Positions 26,140 through 38,169 of a stretch of 64,000 nt of DNA are shown one piece after another. The translations under genes and the position numbers were made by a program. Positions within the stretch are counted from its first letter, which is position 1, and every line of letters begins with the position of its first letter. The notes beneath the pieces are model-generated. The model made no database searches. It saw only the letters and a program-made list of their open reading frames with translations, and had not been told where the DNA came from. The DNA is taken from NCBI GenBank assembly GCA_021613535.1, contig CP075493.1:5208001-5272000 (forward strand), in the 5' to 3' direction. Source of the stretch: Adineta vaga. Lineage: Eukaryota; Animalia; Rotifera.

Positions 26140-26881
26140 CTATCGAATGAATCGTGTTGTTCTTAATGATGAGATATGATTACTTTCAAGTGGATTGACA
26201 TGTAGACAAATATTATCAACCATATTTGAATTATTTTTCTTAGATAATAAATTCTGATCAACTTTCGGATAAGATCGATACGAAAGTAATTGAGATGATT
26301 CACTTTTATGACGTTGACTACGGCAATGTATCAAACAGATGCAACAAATTAATATCCAAAGTGTAAGAACTATACCAAGACTAATCAGAAATAAGGCAAT
26401 CGTTTCTTCTGGATCAGAGAAATTTGTTGGAAATGTGAGAGCATGTAAAGTGAATGTTTTCTGTCGTACGGGAGGAGAAATGATCATTCTAAAGGAATCA
26501 TATAAGTATAAATCTTTGAAGTTATTTTTTATACTTATATGAACATTGATAAGAAATATCCACATAGTCCGAATAAGAATGATGAGTACATCGTAGTAGA
26601 AGAGATTTTGCATGAAATTGACAGGGAGATTGATGATTTCGACAAGCATTATTACTCGATGTTGAATATAAATTAAAACAAAATTCATTTGAATAATTTA
26701 ACAATTGAAGAGTTAAATGATTGAAATTATATGGACAACGAATGAAATAATGTTCGTCATTTGTTAAAAAACGAATATGTCTTAGAAGAACATAGGTTGA
26801 ACTTTCTGGATTAGTTAGAAATTTTCCATCAGTTAGATTGATTAATAAGATCGAAGAGAAGATGAACAACGTGAAAAGCAT
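26140..26881 (-). CDS. Small single-pass membrane protein with a Cys-rich, SUEL-lectin-like ectodomain
   Basis: Signal peptide MLFTLFIFSSILLINLTDG, six Cys ending in DYVDISYQC, an intron at ~26536-26489, a TM segment IALFLISLGIVLTLWILICCICLI and a short cytoplasmic tail. The lectin assignment is tentative. Confidence 0.65.
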
Positions 26882-27419
26882 TATTTTATGATTGAATAAG
26901 ATAATAAATATATATATGTACATAGAACGTAGTCATATGTCAAATGTTTCGGTCGATTTCTCGTTTGATTGAAGCAGAAAGAGAAAAGAGAGAATATACT
27001 TTTACATGAATGACTTTTGTTTTGATATCCTTATGAACATATTGTATATTAACAAATAAAGGAAATATAAAACGATGTATATGTAATACATGTTACGCTT
27101 AACCTTCACTTATATTTATGGAAAAGAAATGACAAAGAGATCAAATTTAGTCTTTGAATTCGTTTTTTTTTCACTTATAACTAAATAGACAATTCATTTC
27201 TACTGCTCTATATAAAACTGATAGATAACAAGCTATTTCATTTTTCTATCCTTGTCATCTATCGACATACAGGTAGATAACTAATTCAAGTGTCATGCTT
27301 TGTATGCAACAAAAGGATTGTTATCTTTATTAAATATGAATTTCTATCTATATATCTATAAAACAACCACAATATCATCTACTCTTCTTCTTTTCTTTTA
27401 TATTATCCTTGGTGAAGAG

Positions 27420-29039
27420 ATGCGTTTTCTCATCGTTGCAATTGCGTGTTTGGTTGCATTTGAATGTATTCATGGATATCGAGGTCCATTCCGTAAAATG
27501 TTTCCAACACGTGAACCATCGATCGTAACAGTTGAAGATGATCCCGGTGAACCTCTATTTCTTACACCTTATCTTGAACAAGGCAAAATCGAAGAAGCTA
27601 GACGATTAAGGTAGAATAATTTTCTTTTATCTTTCGGTCTTCTATCAACCGTACATTTAGTTCTGTGGAATTGACACCCTTCAAACAACAATCATTTTCT
27701 GGTTATTTAACTGTTAATAAACAGTATAATTCCAATATGTTCTTTTGGTTTTTTCCTGCACAAAATGGTAATAAACCTGACACACCAGTTATGCTTTGGC
27801 TTCAAGGTGGTCCCGGTGCTTCATCTTTATTTGCACTTTTTACAGAAATAGGTCCAATCTATATTGATGCAAATGAAAATATTCAATTACGTGGAGTAAC
27901 ATGGAATAAAAACTATCACTTACTCTTTATTGATAATCCAGTTGGTACGGGATTTAGTTTTACAGGCAATGATCAAGGTTATGCACGTTCACAAGAAGAT
28001 GTTGCACGTGATCTTTATTCTGCATTAACACAATTCTTTCAAATCTATACTGATTATGCCATGAATCCGTTTTATGTTACTGGTGAAAGTTACGGTGGAA
28101 AATATGTTCCTTCTATTACATATAAAATTCATGTTGAAAATCAAAATCCACAAGTTAAAGTCAAAATCAATTTGAAAGGTATGTCAATTGGTGATGGTTT
28201 AACTGATCCAGTTAATCAATATATGTACGGTGATTTTCTTTATCAAGTATGTGAAACGTTCGATCTTTCATATTTGTTTATACTTGTTTTTTTTTCTTCT
28301 CTTCTTTTCATTATAGATTGGTCTTATTGATATGACACAAAAAGCTTATGTTGATTTACAAACAGCTCTTATGCGTTATGCTATTGAACAACAACGATAT
28401 ATTGATGCTTTTCATATCTTTGATGCTTTACTCAACGGTGATCTTTTGAATACAACATCATATTTTTATAATGTCACTGGTATTAAAAATTACTTCAATT
28501 ATCTTTTAACAGATGAACCACAAGATCAAGGTTATTTTATTCCATTTGTAACTCGAGCTGATCGACGAAAACAAATTCATGTTGGTAATATGTCTTATGG
28601 TGGTCAAAGTGAAATTGTCGAAAAAATGTTACTTAATGATGTCGTAAGTACTTTTTTTAAACAGTAGAGAACGATAATTAATCTAGATTATATATATTTT
28701 TAGATGCAAAGTATGGCATGGAAAGTAGCTGCTATTGCTAATGCTAACTATAGTGTATTGATCTATAATGGTCAATTAGATGTCATTATTGCTGTACCAT
28801 TAACTATGGAATGGGTTGGTCAATTATCATGGATTGGTACTGATCAACTTCGACAAGCTGAACGAAAAGTATGGAAAGTAGCTGATAGTGATCCTGAAAT
28901 CGCTGGTTATGTTAAAACAGCTAATAATAATCGATTTTTTCTTGCTACAATTCGTAATGCTGGTCATATGGTTCCATATGATCAACCACGAGCCATGCTC
29001 GATTTACTCGAACGATTCTTGGCAGCTCAACCAAAATAA
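27420..29039 (+). CDS. CPVL: Serine carboxypeptidase S10, CPVL-like (copy 1)
   Basis: [33 protein letters not shown], catalytic GESYGG, NGQLD and AGHMVP. Four exons. Confidence 0.95.
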
Positions 29040-29227
29040 ATAAATAATTTCTAATAATTAATTAAAAATGAAGACGATGCATTGTTTTTCGTTTTTATTT
29101 TTCAGTTATTTTACATTCATTAATTATTGTCCAAAGAGTATTCTTTTTATCTTGATAAGAATAAAGATTTTAGGTATATAAATATGTGTTTGATTAAAAA
29201 AAAACAGAAGACTAGAAAATGTTTAAT

Positions 29228-32200
29228 TTAGAAAGTATTAGGCCGAGTTTCTTCTTCATTATCGTAGATGCTGTTATTTAACGATGAAGATAATCTTATA
29301 GATGTAATATCAAATGATTCTTCTAAGAATTTACCGATGAGTTCGTAAAGAAATGCATATTGGGCCTGGAAGAGTAGAGAAAAGACATGAGAGAAATGAA
29401 AGATAGAATACATACGAGAGATGTTATCATCGCTGGTCGTTGTCGTTGTAAAATACGAACACCTTGAAAAATATCGACAGCATGTTCATTTTTCAATTGA
29501 GCTAGTAGTATAAGACTCATACAGAATATTGCACAAGTGGGTCCACCATTTCTGATTTTATAGATAAACAAAGTAAAAATATTTAAAAAAGAAAATAGAT
29601 TAATGACACCCACCCACAATGAACTGTAATGTATCGAGTTTGATTAGGTGTAGTCGATCGTTTATTAATTTGTCCAATGAAATCAAAGAAATAATGTGTT
29701 AATTCGATTGGAATACATTGTCCGTTTGTATGTTGATCATTAGTGCTGATTGGAGAAAGATATTCATAGTGAAAGATTGTTTTTGATAGAGCTTCACGTG
29801 TATCTGTTAAACAAAATTGACGACTAATAAATTTCTCTTGTATAATTTCTTCATTGACTAATTTTAATAAACTTGTTGAACTAATTTTCATTGTTGAATT
29901 TAAATCTTGTGGATAATAATTAGCACATTTTGGAGATAACTAAACGATTATGGATTTACTGTTAGGAAATTTTCCATCGACAGTTATCTTACTTCTTCAA
30001 TTGTATGTAATTGTACAATGCAATCACAATCATGTTCAATAAACATTCTCCAAAATTCATGAATTGTTTCCTCTAATGGATCTTGTGTTATAATAAATGA
30101 ACATTCATGTGAATATCCCTATTTCGATTATTGATGATATTTTATGAATAAAAAGTAAATTCTTACTTCAATATATGATGCATTGATATAAGGATGACCT
30201 AATATACGACTTAAACAAACACGATTATGATTATCTATAATAAGAAAAAATTTTTATATTTTTTAGATGATACTGATGAAATCTTACATGGCACAATTTG
30301 AATACATCGATTTTTCTCGACATTTTCTAATGAATGAGCATCTTGTTGTACAACATTTTCGTTTGGTAATAATGAGAGTCTCTATAGAAAGAGGAAGAAG
30401 AATCAATAAAAATAAGTTGAATTGTTTCAATTTACATTATATTCTGTGAGTAATAAAGTTTGTTTATTCTTTTTTAAACTTGAATATACAGATCGAAACA
30501 TATTCGCTTCGATTCTTGTATTACCATAAAGATAATATTCAAGTAATGATCGATAAATAAACACATATTGTTTCTATTAAAATATAACAAATATCATTTG
30601 TAGTTTTAGTTGATGGTTTAATCAAGAAAATACATACAACTGTTTGTACCATTAGATGACGTTCACGACGCATTTGTAAGACGAAATTATAGATATCAAT
30701 TTTACCTTCTTGCTTTATTCTATCAATCATAGCATCGATGGCAATATAAGTACCAGTACGACCAACTCCAGCACTGCAAAATAGTCAATATATACCGTAT
30801 AACTTTCATTATTTTTCTTACGTGCAATGAACAACGATTGGATATTGATCAGAATTTGTTTGTTCATTCACTTCTTCTATTAATTGAAGTAATGTATGCG
30901 AATGATTTGGAACATCCATATCTTTCCATTGTGTATAATGATATTGAACAACAAGACGAGCTTCTTGATGTTGTTGTTGTTGTTCATCATTTGTTGAATT
31001 AAATGACGATGCATCATCTGTAGTTAATGATGACGATGAGAAAAGTTCTTCACCATTACTTATCTTATATAAATAGAAAGAATTATTTTACAAAACATTT
31101 ATCATTATAGATAATAATCATGATGCAACAAGGTCCTATTCTTCTTCTTCTAACACTTCTATTTATTGGAATTAGTCAAGGACAATTTCGTCGTTTCCTA
31201 TATCCAAATGGAAAACAAAGTATTGTTCAAGCAAATGATGATCCAGGTGATCCACTCTTTCTTACACCTTATCTTGAACAAGGAAAAATTGAAGAAGCAA
31301 GACGATTAAGGTATGAAAAGATTCGTTTTATTCTCATAAAATCATGTTTTATTTTTCATTTAGTTCTGTAGAATTACCACCCTTTACACGACAATCCTTC
31401 TCTGGTTATTTAACTGTTAATAAACAGTATAATTCCAATATGTTCTTTTGGTTTTTCCCTGCACAAAATGGTAATCGAAGTGCACCTGTTCTTCTTTGGC
31501 TTCAAGGTGGTCCGGGTGCAACCTCATTATTTGGTCTATTTAATGAACATGGTCCTATACAAGTTAATGACGATGGAAGTTTAAGTGAACGACCGATTCA
31601 TTGGAATGCTATGTATAGTTTATTATATATTGATAATCCAGTTGGTACGGGATTTAGTTTTACAGGCAATGATCAAGGTTATACACGTACGCAAGATGAT
31701 GTTGCACGTGATCTTTATTCTGCATTATCACAATTCTTTCAAATCTATACTGATTATGCCATGAATCCATTTTATGTAACAGGAGAAAGTTATGCTGGAA
31801 AATATGTACCATCCATAGGATATAAAATTCATGTTGAAAATCAAAATCCACAAGTGAAAGTGAAAATTAATTTAGCGGGACTTTCAATGGGAAATGGATG
31901 GACAGATCCGTATAGACAATATACCTATGGACCATTACTTTATCAGGTATATGAACAGATAATGCTTTATGTAGTCTTATTCTTGTTCTGATTTAGATTG
32001 GTTTAATTGATAGTAATCAATTATTTTATATCAATCTTCAAGCAGATTTAATTCGTTATGCTATAAGTCAAAAACGTTTTTCTGATGCATTTATGATCTC
32101 AGATGCTTTAATTGATGGTGATCTTATCAATACGACATCTTATTTTACGAATGTAACAGGTTTACGAGCCTATTTTAATTATATTAAAACTGATGAGTCA

Positions 32201-34965
32201 CCTTCGATATCAAATTATGTTAAATTTATTACGAGTACTGATCGACGTCGACAAATTCATGTCGGTAATTTAACATTTCACGATGATAATAAAGTCGAAG
32301 TTATGCTTATGAATGATGTCTTTCAAAGTATTCCATCAGAACAATTAACGGCACTCTTCGATAATTATAAGATTCTTATCTACAATGGATTATTAGATAT
32401 TATCTGTGCTGAAAGTTTAACACTAAATTGGGTAGCAGATTTACAATGGTCTCATTCGAATGAATATAAAAATGCTACTCGACAAGTTTGGAAAGTGAAT
32501 GCAACGGATAATCAAGTAGCTGGATATATAAAAATAGTGCATAGATTTATGTTAGCTTCTGTTCGAAATGCTGGACATATGGTCCCATCAGATCAACCAA
32601 CAGCTATGTTAGATCTATTAAAACGTTTCATACAACTTACTTTCGATAACTGAAAATAACGTTTTTCATAATCACATAGACAATGTTTATCAATACATGT
32701 AATTTGATAAGAACCATAGGTTATTGTTTGATCAAGTTCAGGCCAATATTGATGACATTTCATCTACAATAAAAGATATGAGAAAAATAAATGTTATCAT
32801 AAAGAAATATTACCATTCGTGATGCACCTTCAATAGTATTTGTTAACATCACAATAGATTTAAGTTTTAATTCCCATATCATGCGCCAAAAATCTTCACA
32901 TGTATCAGGTTTAGGTCCTAAATGAATCCATAAGTGATATTGTTAGATAGTTTAGAAATTAAGTACTACCTTGTGTAGCAATGAATTTATTTGCACATTT
33001 ATATCCCTATATAAACATAAAGAGAGATAATGATGAAAAGAAGAATAAATTAACAGACTGAAATATAATTTCCATTGATATAATCTGTAGCTGGATCATT
33101 ATTCAATATATTGAGAATGACACGAGTACTATCGATAGGTAAAATATTAAGAAAACGATTTTTTGAAGCAACGATGGTTCGTGTTGCTGATATGCATGGT
33201 AATTCTTCAAAATTCGGAAGACTCTAAACAACAGAATGTATATAAAATAATTATAGAACATATGATATGAAATCTATCGCATCACATTAATCCTTTTCAT
33301 AGGAAATCTCATACTGTTGTTCAGTAGTCATATAACAATTGAATGCTATTACACAACGTAGATTACGTTTTCATACTTCTTTAAGAAAAACAGTACGGTC
33401 GTTTTCGTTTGATATTGATGTAACAGTTAGATTCGATTCATCAAGTTGCAATAAAGAAATAATAAGGTCAACCATAATCATCCATTTCTACACAATCTCA
33501 GCTCTTATCTCATATGTATAGTTCTATTCAAAACTACGCAAGATCTGTCAGAAAAAAAATCAAGTCTTATGAAACTTACTTTAAATTCAATGGCAAACGC
33601 GAGATTATCGAGTGCATGTTTTTGTACATAGATGCCATACAATTGTTCCACGGGAAATTCTTCAATGATGGTGAATTTACCTGAAATTTGAATAATATGA
33701 TATGAATACATTGAAATAAATAAAAAATTGTCTTTTTTATTTTTTTTTTAAAGATTAAAACCTACGAAGACAATTAGTTTTTAAATTATCTTCAATTTCT
33801 CGATGATCTTTCGATGACGAACGCGCTGTTTTTGATTTTGAACATGGTCGTAATTGATGTTTTCGATTGAAAAAATAAGCTGCAGGAGTAGCTAGTGTCG
33901 GTACAACACAAGTAGATGTTTGACCACCCATTTATTCAAACTCTCTCTTTGTCTGTCTGACTCTTACGAAAATATTCGTCTTTCCGAGTTGAACAAGAAA
34001 AAAAAGCTATAGCACGTTAATGTATTAATTCAGTCCCGACATCAACTAATCCTTTTGATACTTACTATGAATCGGTGAATAAAATAATGGTGTACTGTCA
34101 CGAGATTGTTTTTTAGATGACAATGAATGTATACAAGGTAATTTGAGATAAGTACCAGTAAAATGTTCTCTTTAATAAAATCAACGAATTCTTTCCTCAT
34201 AATTCTAACGTCATTTTTTCTTACTTTATAAGATAGGTAAAAATAAATGTTAAAAGAATAAAACCACATAAACAGAAGATAAATATTATAGCTACTAGAG
34301 TAGAATTTGATGATTTGTTTGTAGCAATTGTGTATAATAAAGAGGCACTAGAGGATAAATCATCTCGTATATTATTAGTAGTTATTTCATCATTATTTAT
34401 TGTTGTTGTTGTTGATGAAAATTGTGATGTTGTATTGAGTTCATGTGTTATCGATGATAGTATTGTTGTTGATTTAGTCGTCGTACCTAAAAGTACGAAA
34501 ATAGAATGACATTTCAGTTTTTGCATTGTCTGCAATAAAAATGCCATATCGAAATAATATTTATATAAAAGGGCGATCTAGTTATTCGTATTATTTATTA
34601 TTAACTTTGCATTCGTTTAGCATTGACAGATCATCATTACAGACATTTGTTTTTTTTACAAAAGATAATTGATAGTTTAGGTAAAAATAGGATCAAACTG
34701 CTTTCGTGTTGTATCAACTGTGTCCTTCGCATTTGAAAACAAACTAAAATTTACTTGTTGATGATAATATTCGATTGATCTTTGATGAATGATGTCGATT
34801 TGCAAGTCGTTTTTTAAGTAATTCAATCGAATTTGATTTTTTCCGTATATATAAATTTGATGTTCGATTGATTAACTGATTATAAATTGTAAGATTCGAT
34901 GAACGAACATCTGCTGTAGTTGTTGTATAAATCGAAATCAATGAAATTAACAGTGAAAGCAACAT
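29228..34965 (-). CDS. Receptor-type protein tyrosine phosphatase with a short S/T-rich ectodomain, TM and tandem D1/D2 domains (PTPRA/PTPRE-like architecture)
   Basis: Signal peptide at 34965 and [27 protein letters not shown]1 motifs: KNRF, DYING, IATQG|P, DFWRMIW, KCHQYWP, VHCTAGVGRTG, MVQT. D2 motifs: [35 protein letters not shown]. Confidence 0.9.
31066..31073 (+). promoter_or_regulatory. Candidate TATA box of the nested CPVL copy 2
   Basis: TATATAAA lies ~50 bp before the ATG at 31120 and coincides with the PTP 3' splice site on the opposite strand. Confidence 0.4.
31120..32653 (+). CDS. CPVL: Serine carboxypeptidase S10, CPVL-like (copy 2), nested antisense in a PTP intron
   Basis: [31 protein letters not shown] and AGHMVP are all intact. 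Three exons. Confidence 0.95.
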
Positions 34966-35942
34966 TGTTGTACTATTGTCACTGATAGAATTGTTTGCGA
35001 AACGAAGAATGTTCATCTAGAAAAAGTTTTATATAAGGTTGAAGTAAGCATCGTGTAATGATATATGTATCTGTTTGGACATAAAATAATAACTATACGA
35101 GCAAAACGAAGGTCAACCATCTTGATCGACCATTTACCTTCCTTCCATATACTCATTGAATTTGTATAACTATTGCATCATCGTCTCTCTTCGGACGTAT
35201 CAATTAGAATTCAACGGTATGTTATAACGTTTTCTTTTTTTTCTTCTCCCTCTCCCTCTCCCTCTCTCTCTCTCTATTAGACATACATATGTATATGTGT
35301 CTTTGCTTACTGACCGATAAGTACACACTTTGCCTTTCTATGTTTAGTAGATAATGATAAGAAATGATGAGTCTCAATAATTTGAGCAATAGGAGAAACA
35401 AGAGATCACTTTCTTTTTCTTCCTTGATCTATCGGTCATACAATTAGCATGAATGACATACCCGAGGTCAAGTTTAAAATAAAGAGACATTGTGGGATCT
35501 TTTTTTATTAGCATACTAGAGAGAGAGAAATTTCCATTTTCTCTCAATGTAGACAAAGAGATCAATTACTACTAACGAAACGATATACACTCCCTAAAAG
35601 TACACATATCGAACAATGATTGTTACTTGTCTCATAGATACACAATATAATGAATGAATAGAATACTTTTTCATCATACTACGATTTTATAATGAAATTT
35701 TTTATAATTGTAACTGACAAGTTAACTAATACACTATATAATATGCTTTTCATGAATGTAATAGTGACATATTTCCTGTTCGATATATTGCATGATCAAA
35801 ATTAATATTATATCAATCAATTATGGACATTTCTCATGTAACTCAAAATATTCTGTAATATTTTATTAAAATAAAATACGTATGTTAAAAACGATGCAAA
35901 AATAAAACCAAATTTTCCAATAAGCAGATGAGTCCTTCAGCA

Positions 35943-37445
35943 TCAATAGTAATCGTCATCATCATCATCGTCGGCAGCATTATCGTCATCTTCATGTGGA
36001 ATATTGTAAATAATATAATCTTGACGAGTTAAATAATGATTAAATCGAATATAGATTTCTTTATTCGAGGTTTCTTGAATGTAGTTCTTCATTGTATCAC
36101 GAATATCCTAGATGAAAAAATACATGCAAAAGAAAAAGAAGAAAAATAGAGATTTTATTCATACTAATTTTGTTGTCGAAAGTTTTAAATCAACAAATTT
36201 CAATGGCCAATAGTCACTGGATGTTTTACGTTGTATTATTGCGTCGACATGTTTATTCAAAACAAGTTCTTTGAAGAATTCTGTAGCAGCTAGATCATCA
36301 TCCCAAATATCACCTTTTGGCAAAGACTGAAATTTATCCTATCAATTAAATTTGATAAATAAACAGCATGAAAATGGTTTTACTTTATTTAATGAACAGG
36401 CAATTGCTTGTGCTGGTAGTGAAGCAAATTCGGGTAGAAGAATGTGAATATCAGCTACATTAACAACTTCCCAATTACCGTAATCGATGAATACCACATC
36501 ATAGGAACGAATGGGTCTTGGCCCTAGAATAATAAGAATAGAACAAACATACACATATTTCAATTTAACCTTTTGGAACTTCGATAATCCTTGCACGATA
36601 AAAATTATCATCATCAGAAAACTTAGCAATACAATAATCGCCACGTTTCCATTCTGATGGATTATTCCGTGGATTTGTCGAATAAAATTCACTAATTAAA
36701 AGAATAATATTTATTACTATAATTACTCTGGTTTCATTTACTAGATTTTATTCTGAAGTTCTCGAAACTGTACTTCAAAGTGGGCCAATTGGATGAAGAA
36801 TGCAGATGGATGATCAACATGTGAAACGTAAGCTTGTTCATAACATTTACCTTCCAAAACAGGAGTCGGACGAATACGCACTAAAGAGTTTAGAAATATG
36901 ATAATATTTGATATTAATAGTAATACTAACATCGTATTGAATACGTTTTCATTTCATAGAATGGAAAAAAAAGAGCACAGTTGTTTTCATTAAACACTTC
37001 GTCAGTAATGATGGTGTACAAAAAATATTTTGTATGTAATTTTCATGAATTACTAAAAAACTGTTAGTATTTCTCTCATTTCTCAGTCGGATATATATTT
37101 TATATTAATACTAGTGAAAATATTTTGACATCAAGTGAAACGATTCGATAATCCCGAAGAGAGAATCTCTGAGTACTATATTTTTTTGTCATTCAAGTTA
37201 CCTGGTTTATTACGTTGTTGATTAGTATTGATACTATTGTGATCATCATCAAGAGGAGTATCCCTTGATAATGATGAAGAAGCACCGTTACTCGTTACAC
37301 TTTCACTTGCTGATGTTCGACCAGTTACAGACGTTGATCCGCGACCAGAATCATTAGTCAATGGTCGAAATGTATCATCCATTGGTGATCGGGTTGGAGT
37401 ATTTTTTGCTTCAAGGTGTCTCGTTGAACGACGACTTGGATCCAT
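35943..37445 (-). CDS. Extended Tudor-domain protein (copy A)
   Basis: An S/T-rich first exon is followed by AYVSHVDHPSAFFIQ, RGDYCIAKFSDDDNFYRARI, VVFIDYGNWE and LPAQAIACSL, then an acidic end. Confidence 0.85.
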
Positions 37446-38169
37446 GATTAATCTTTATGTAAAGCAAAGCGTAACACCTTCTCTTGTAACTATCTAGAAT
37501 TGATGTTTATTACAATTCTTATCCTTTTTATGACTACGTGGACTTTGTTATCAAAAATAAAACAGGTATCTTTGTTTTTCATGCGTCTGCTAACGTTAAT
37601 GTGTAGAAGTCCAATCGAATGGGCAATTTAGCATTGCTTATGTTTATGTATCAAAAATGTGAAAACTAACAAACAACGAATGATTCAATTTGGAAAAATA
37701 TCCACTTGCATCGTTTTAATAGACAAAGAATATTATGCTTATTATCGGAGATTTTAGTTCATAATAATGTTTGAATCCATACATTGACTGTTCTTTTGTG
37801 TAATTGTCACAGATGGGAAAAAAAGGTTGAAAACTTATTATCTAAAAGAATCAAAATTATATTTTAGCTACAATATTTATTTATTTACAAATAGAACTCG
37901 TTCAAAAATACCCACTAAAAAACATGTTTCTATTTTTCAGTTAATATGTATCAAATGCAATACTATTTATGTAGATCACTTTTTCGTAGATTATTGATTC
38001 AATCGATTTGATTGAAAGCAATAATCTAGAATGAAAAAAAAACAGACAATTATATACAACACAAACAAAATTTCTCGATCTACTTTGAGCTGTAAACTGA
38101 CAAAATTCTTTTAATTAAGAATATATGTCTTTCGTTTATTTTCGACCGTAGCTACAAACGACAGGCAAA

